Assembly (NCBI RefSeq): GCF_036321535.1
Contig: NC_087447.1
Coordinates: forward strand, 38,256,001-38,320,000
Direction: 5' to 3'
From: Camelus dromedarius
Taxonomy: Eukaryota
DNA: 64,000 nt
Below are positions 54,766-64,000 of the stretch, piece by piece. Within the stretch, counting starts at the first letter, position 1, and the number at the start of each line of letters is the position of its first letter. A model generated the notes under the pieces. That model was not told where the DNA came from. It saw only the letters and a program-made list of their open reading frames with translations, and made no database searches. The position numbers and the translations under genes were made by a program.

Positions 54766-57700
54766 GTAAGAGAGGCTTTAATGGAAATTATATGTAGGAC
54801 CCCTAAACTGGGGGAATCACAGTGGATTAGTGTCTGGCTCATACCTGAGCAATTCACTCATTCAATATTTATATAGCAGTTATTAAGTATAAGCACTATT
54901 CTAGGCACAGGTGACTGTTAAGGTGAAAAAAATAGATGAAAATCTTCTGCCTTCATGGAGCTAAGATTCTAGTGGAATCTAGGCAGCAAGAAATTTTGGT
55001 TGGCTAACTGTAAAGATGAGTTTTAAGTTTGGTCAAAGTCTGTACTCCCAGAGGTATAAAGCAAAGCCATTCTGTGAGTTTCTTTGGGTCGGATATGGGC
55101 TACTGGAGAGGGTCAAGTAAAAATATGAGGATATTTCTATAGAAAGAAGCTGGAGTTGTATATCACAGATGCTAGCAACGAGATTGAGCTTAAAACCAGA
55201 TGACACATATTTACCCAAGTGCAAGTGAGAGACTGAGCTTTTGCTCATTGGAGATGAAGGCATTTCCAAAGAACCCATAAAGTAATGAGTCAAGTGTGAA
55301 CACCTGCTAAGCTCAAAGAGCATCAACCACTAATCAAAGAACTGTACTAGGCACATTAAGAACTCTCTTGCCCTTTTCTCTATTTCAACTTGGGAGAAGT
55401 AAGGCAACTCAGTTTGTGGTGGTGGTGGGAGAGGGCATTAGGAGAGAAATTTGAGGCCGAGACAGAGAGAGTGTCAACCATTCCCTTTTTCCCATGGCAG
55501 GCTTAAGCTGGTGGAGGGGGGAAAGGGCTTTGCCTTATTAACTAGTAACCTGAGACTGTTGAATTGACTAGTTAACTTTTTTTTTTTACTTGAATGACAG
55601 AAGAGTCATGATATTTGTGCCATATTTCATTCACAGAGCAGGCAAGAATGGACATTTGGGTTGTCTATCTTACAAAAGATGCTATGATTATCATTCTTTA
55701 CCTCTGCTCTCTTGCAAAGTATCCTTTAGGATAAATTCATAGAAATAGAATCTCAAAATGAAAAGCAATTTTTTAGAAGTAAATGTCAATAATATATAAA
55801 AATGTAAAAAAGATGTAAAAATCGTCTATGTACATTATTCCTTAACAATGCAGATAAACTAACCAATTTAACTGGTAAGCTGAATATATTCCATTTTACT
55901 TCTGAATTAAAAGAATTTTCAAAAAAAAAACCCCAAAAACATGTGGTAGGAAAGTTATTTGCAGTTACACCCTACACATCTCATTTGTTCAACATCCCAA
56001 TTAGTGTTGCTGAACAGAGTAACACAATGAGATTTATCTATGGGAAAAAAATTTTCAACTTGACTTTTATTTAGAATTTATTTTTATTTGATTCTAAAAA
56101 AGCCTGACATTACCAATGATCTTTAAATTTAAAAAGTAATGCTACATTTGCCGACCCAGTCTTTCTACAAAAGGGACCAAGATGTACCCTGAGCCAAATC
56201 TCCTAAACATGAATAGAGTACCTGAAAATGATATAAACACTTTAGTAAGTGCTTGAGACCTTCAGTTTTCTCAAAAAGGCCAACCAAATGCCCCTTGTGA
56301 TGGTTGACAAGTGGAGCTTTGATAAGAACCACTCTGATGAGCCTAGTCAATTATTGTGAATAAGGGATATATAACAAAGCCCCAGATATTTGCTTAAGAG
56401 ATAATAATCAAAAGGACAGGTTTTAGAGTGACAGATCGATCATTCATTCATTCATTCATTCAGTGAATGTTTAGTGAGTGCCTACTATAATGACAGGCAG
56501 TAGGACTACTTCAGTTAATAAAAAAGTCAAAATTTTCTATCCTTGGTTGTTTATGTGATTCTCTGTTACATATTTCCAATATCCCCACTCCCACTCTTCA
56601 ACATTTACTTTAGCTAGCTTCAGTGGGCTTTTTTTTTTCCTTTGTATCAGGCTACTTCTGTAAAACTAATCCAGTAATAAGAGGTTTACATCCCTAATGG
56701 CAGGGAGCTCCTACAAATCAATGAGAAAATAATTAACACAAAAATAAATTAAGAAAGGGAATGAAGTGGTAATTCACTAACGTAACAGAAACAGCCAAGA
56801 AATACATGAAAAGATATTTCTTACCAGTAATCAAAAAATATAACTAAAATTAAAGCAAGAGGTTTTTTTTCTTTCTCTGCCTATCAACTTGACATAGGAA
56901 AAAAGTATGTATACTATCCAGTGTTGGTGAAGGTATAAAGAAAGTGGACTCTCATGAACTCTAGAAAATATATTGAAATAACTTTTCTCTTTTTTTTTTT
57001 TGCCATTTAGTCATATTTATCATAATTGAAAATGTGGGTTCCCTTAAACCTGCAATTCTATTTCTATGAATTCATCATAAGGAGGTAATTAGGAAAGTAC
57101 AAAAAAGTGTGTGCATGTACAAGAATATTTATTATAGTATTTTTATAATAGAAAAATTGGAAATAATCTAATTGCCCACCCATAGTTAAGTAAATTATTG
57201 AATTTCTACACAATAGAATACTATGCAACTATTTTAAATAATATAGATTATTACTTATGGACATGCAAAGATGGCTATAACTTTTTAAGTCTAGTATAAA
57301 ACAGTTTAATATGACTTTACTTGTTTAAAAAGTTATATATTTGTAATACATATGTGTGAGGCATGTGAATATACAGATATGTAGAAAAGAATTGTCAAAA
57401 TGTTTATGTACTATATAATATTTTAAATGATCATTTAATCATTCATTCAATATTCATTATTCATTCATTTAACTCTATTAAGTTCTTAATATGTTCTATG
57501 CATTATGTTAGGTGCTGGGAAAACTAAAGAGAACAATCCAGTTAATTTAATCCACTAAGTTAACAGTGATTTTGAAAAATGACATCAACCAATATTGGTG
57601 AATTTAAGAAGGGGGGCACTTTCATACACTACCGCTGAGAATATATTTTGGTAAAACATTTCTGGAGAGCAATTTAGCACTTTTTATAAAAGCTTTGGAA

Positions 57701-58971
57701 ATATCCATTTCATTTGACCCTACAATTCCATTTTCAGGAATTTATTCTAAAGAGAGGAGTATAGGTGTACACACAAAAAATATGTCAAGCATAAATGAGT
57801 TGCTTGGGAAGGGGGTAACCTAAATATTAAACAATAAGGATTTGGTAAATAAAATATCATATATTTATAATACTATTTATAATACTAAGAAGTCGTGTTT
57901 AACCTAGAAAATATTTAACACGAAAAAAAGTTCAAAATTCTTTTTAAAAAAGAATGTGATACTAAATTGCTCAGAACTTGAGCAAATCATTTAAGTGATC
58001 TGAGTTTCTTACTACATCTGCAAAGTTTAGCTCCTTAAGGACTCTTTCAACTCTTACCTTACCTGAGTCTAGGTACTCATCCTTTCTTCTTTATAAAGAA
58101 AATATGTCATCATTGGCAGTCGGTAAATGTTTGGTTAGCAGCTGTTTGCAGAGCTGTCCTCAACTAATTCATGTAATTCATGTAATTCTCACAAAAGAGA
58201 AAATACGTGCTTCGGAAGGATATGTCCACTTTTTACCTTAGTCGTCTCATCTTTCAGGCATCGTGCTTGGCTTTGGAGACACAGAAAGACATTAGTGCCC
58301 TCAAGAGTTCAAAGTCTGATGAGGGGAACCAACAATAATGATTAAGAGTGATCAATGACAACGAAGCTCTGAAAGACGTGTTATCCAAGAAAGGAAAAGG
58401 ATTCCAAAGGGGGAAAAAAAACTTGTCCACAAACAAGATACTCAAGAAAGGGTATGGTTGATACACAGAAACGGACCACTATTTGTGGCCTTCCTTGCTG
58501 TCCCGTTCTTCTCACACTACACAACACCCCAAATCTCTGAGGACGCTGAAGGAGAGGGGGCTGAGCCGAGCGCACACTAGATCACCGGGAGTCTCAGGTG
58601 CATCCGGCCGGACAAGTGAGACACTGGCGGGAATCTGCAACACACAGGTAACTTCATTGAGGTTCCAAGAAAGATGACTTGGTAGCAGCCGCCAGCAGCT
58701 CTTAGCTGCCTCAGGCTTGCCTGGCGCAAGGTTTCCCGCCAATCTCAGTTCCTTCATCCTCCGAGGCCCCGCCCACTCCGGAGCCCGTGGAGAGCTTTGA
58801 GGGCGGGGAAGCTCTGGAAGCCTATCGATATCTCTGGAATAGACTGCTCTACCCTGCGCAGCCGCCGTCAAAGTCCCGCAGACTTCTTTGTAGATCGCCG
58901 AGCGGTAGTTTCGGCAGCGCTCCTTGATCCGCCGGTTCGCAGGAGGCCGCAGCCAGGTTCGCGCCGGAACC

Positions 58972-63726
<4,755 letters not shown>

Positions 63727-64000
63727 TGAAGTCTTTATATAGTGAATAAACACAGTATCTTAAATGAAGAAAACTGTCAGCTTTACAGAAAGAATTTTTT
63801 GAAAAATTAAGCCCCTGAAGTGTTTATTATTTCTGTTATATACTAGTTTTTAACTTTCTCTGGCTACCAAAGTAGTTTCAATCACCAGTAGAACTTTTTC
63901 AAAACACAACCATGTGTCCCTGACCTTGAGATTCTTTATTCAATTGGTCTGAAGTAAGAGTGCCCCAGCCAGAATTGAGAGCCACTTTACTAGTTACCAG

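Overview
This is mammalian genomic DNA, very probably camelid, judged from repeated Vic-1-type tRNA-derived SINEs and young L1 3' ends. The right end holds the CpG-rich promoter and the first seven coding exons of PSMA1 (+ strand, ATG at 58972, 181 codons in the window, continuing past the edge). PSMA1 intron 5 is a clear U12-type (minor spliceosome) intron. The remaining ~58 kb looks intergenic and repeat-rich (L1, MIR, L2, MLT/ERVL LTRs, DNA transposons). However, the repeat-free islands contain a chain of minus-strand exon remnants, most with AG/GT boundaries. Their stop- and frameshift-ridden translations match, in colinear order, motifs of the CatSper sperm-channel auxiliary subunit family (CATSPERE/CATSPERD-like). 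I interpret this as a decayed, unprocessed pseudogene of an additional CatSper auxiliary paralogue lying head-to-head with PSMA1. The homology was judged by eye against sequences recalled from memory and needs a real alignment. Also present: a 35-nt U2 snRNA pseudogene with a 14-bp TSD, several TSD-bounded L1/SINE insertions, a perfect 15-bp hairpin and small duplications in PSMA1 introns. Repeat boundaries and subfamily names are approximate.
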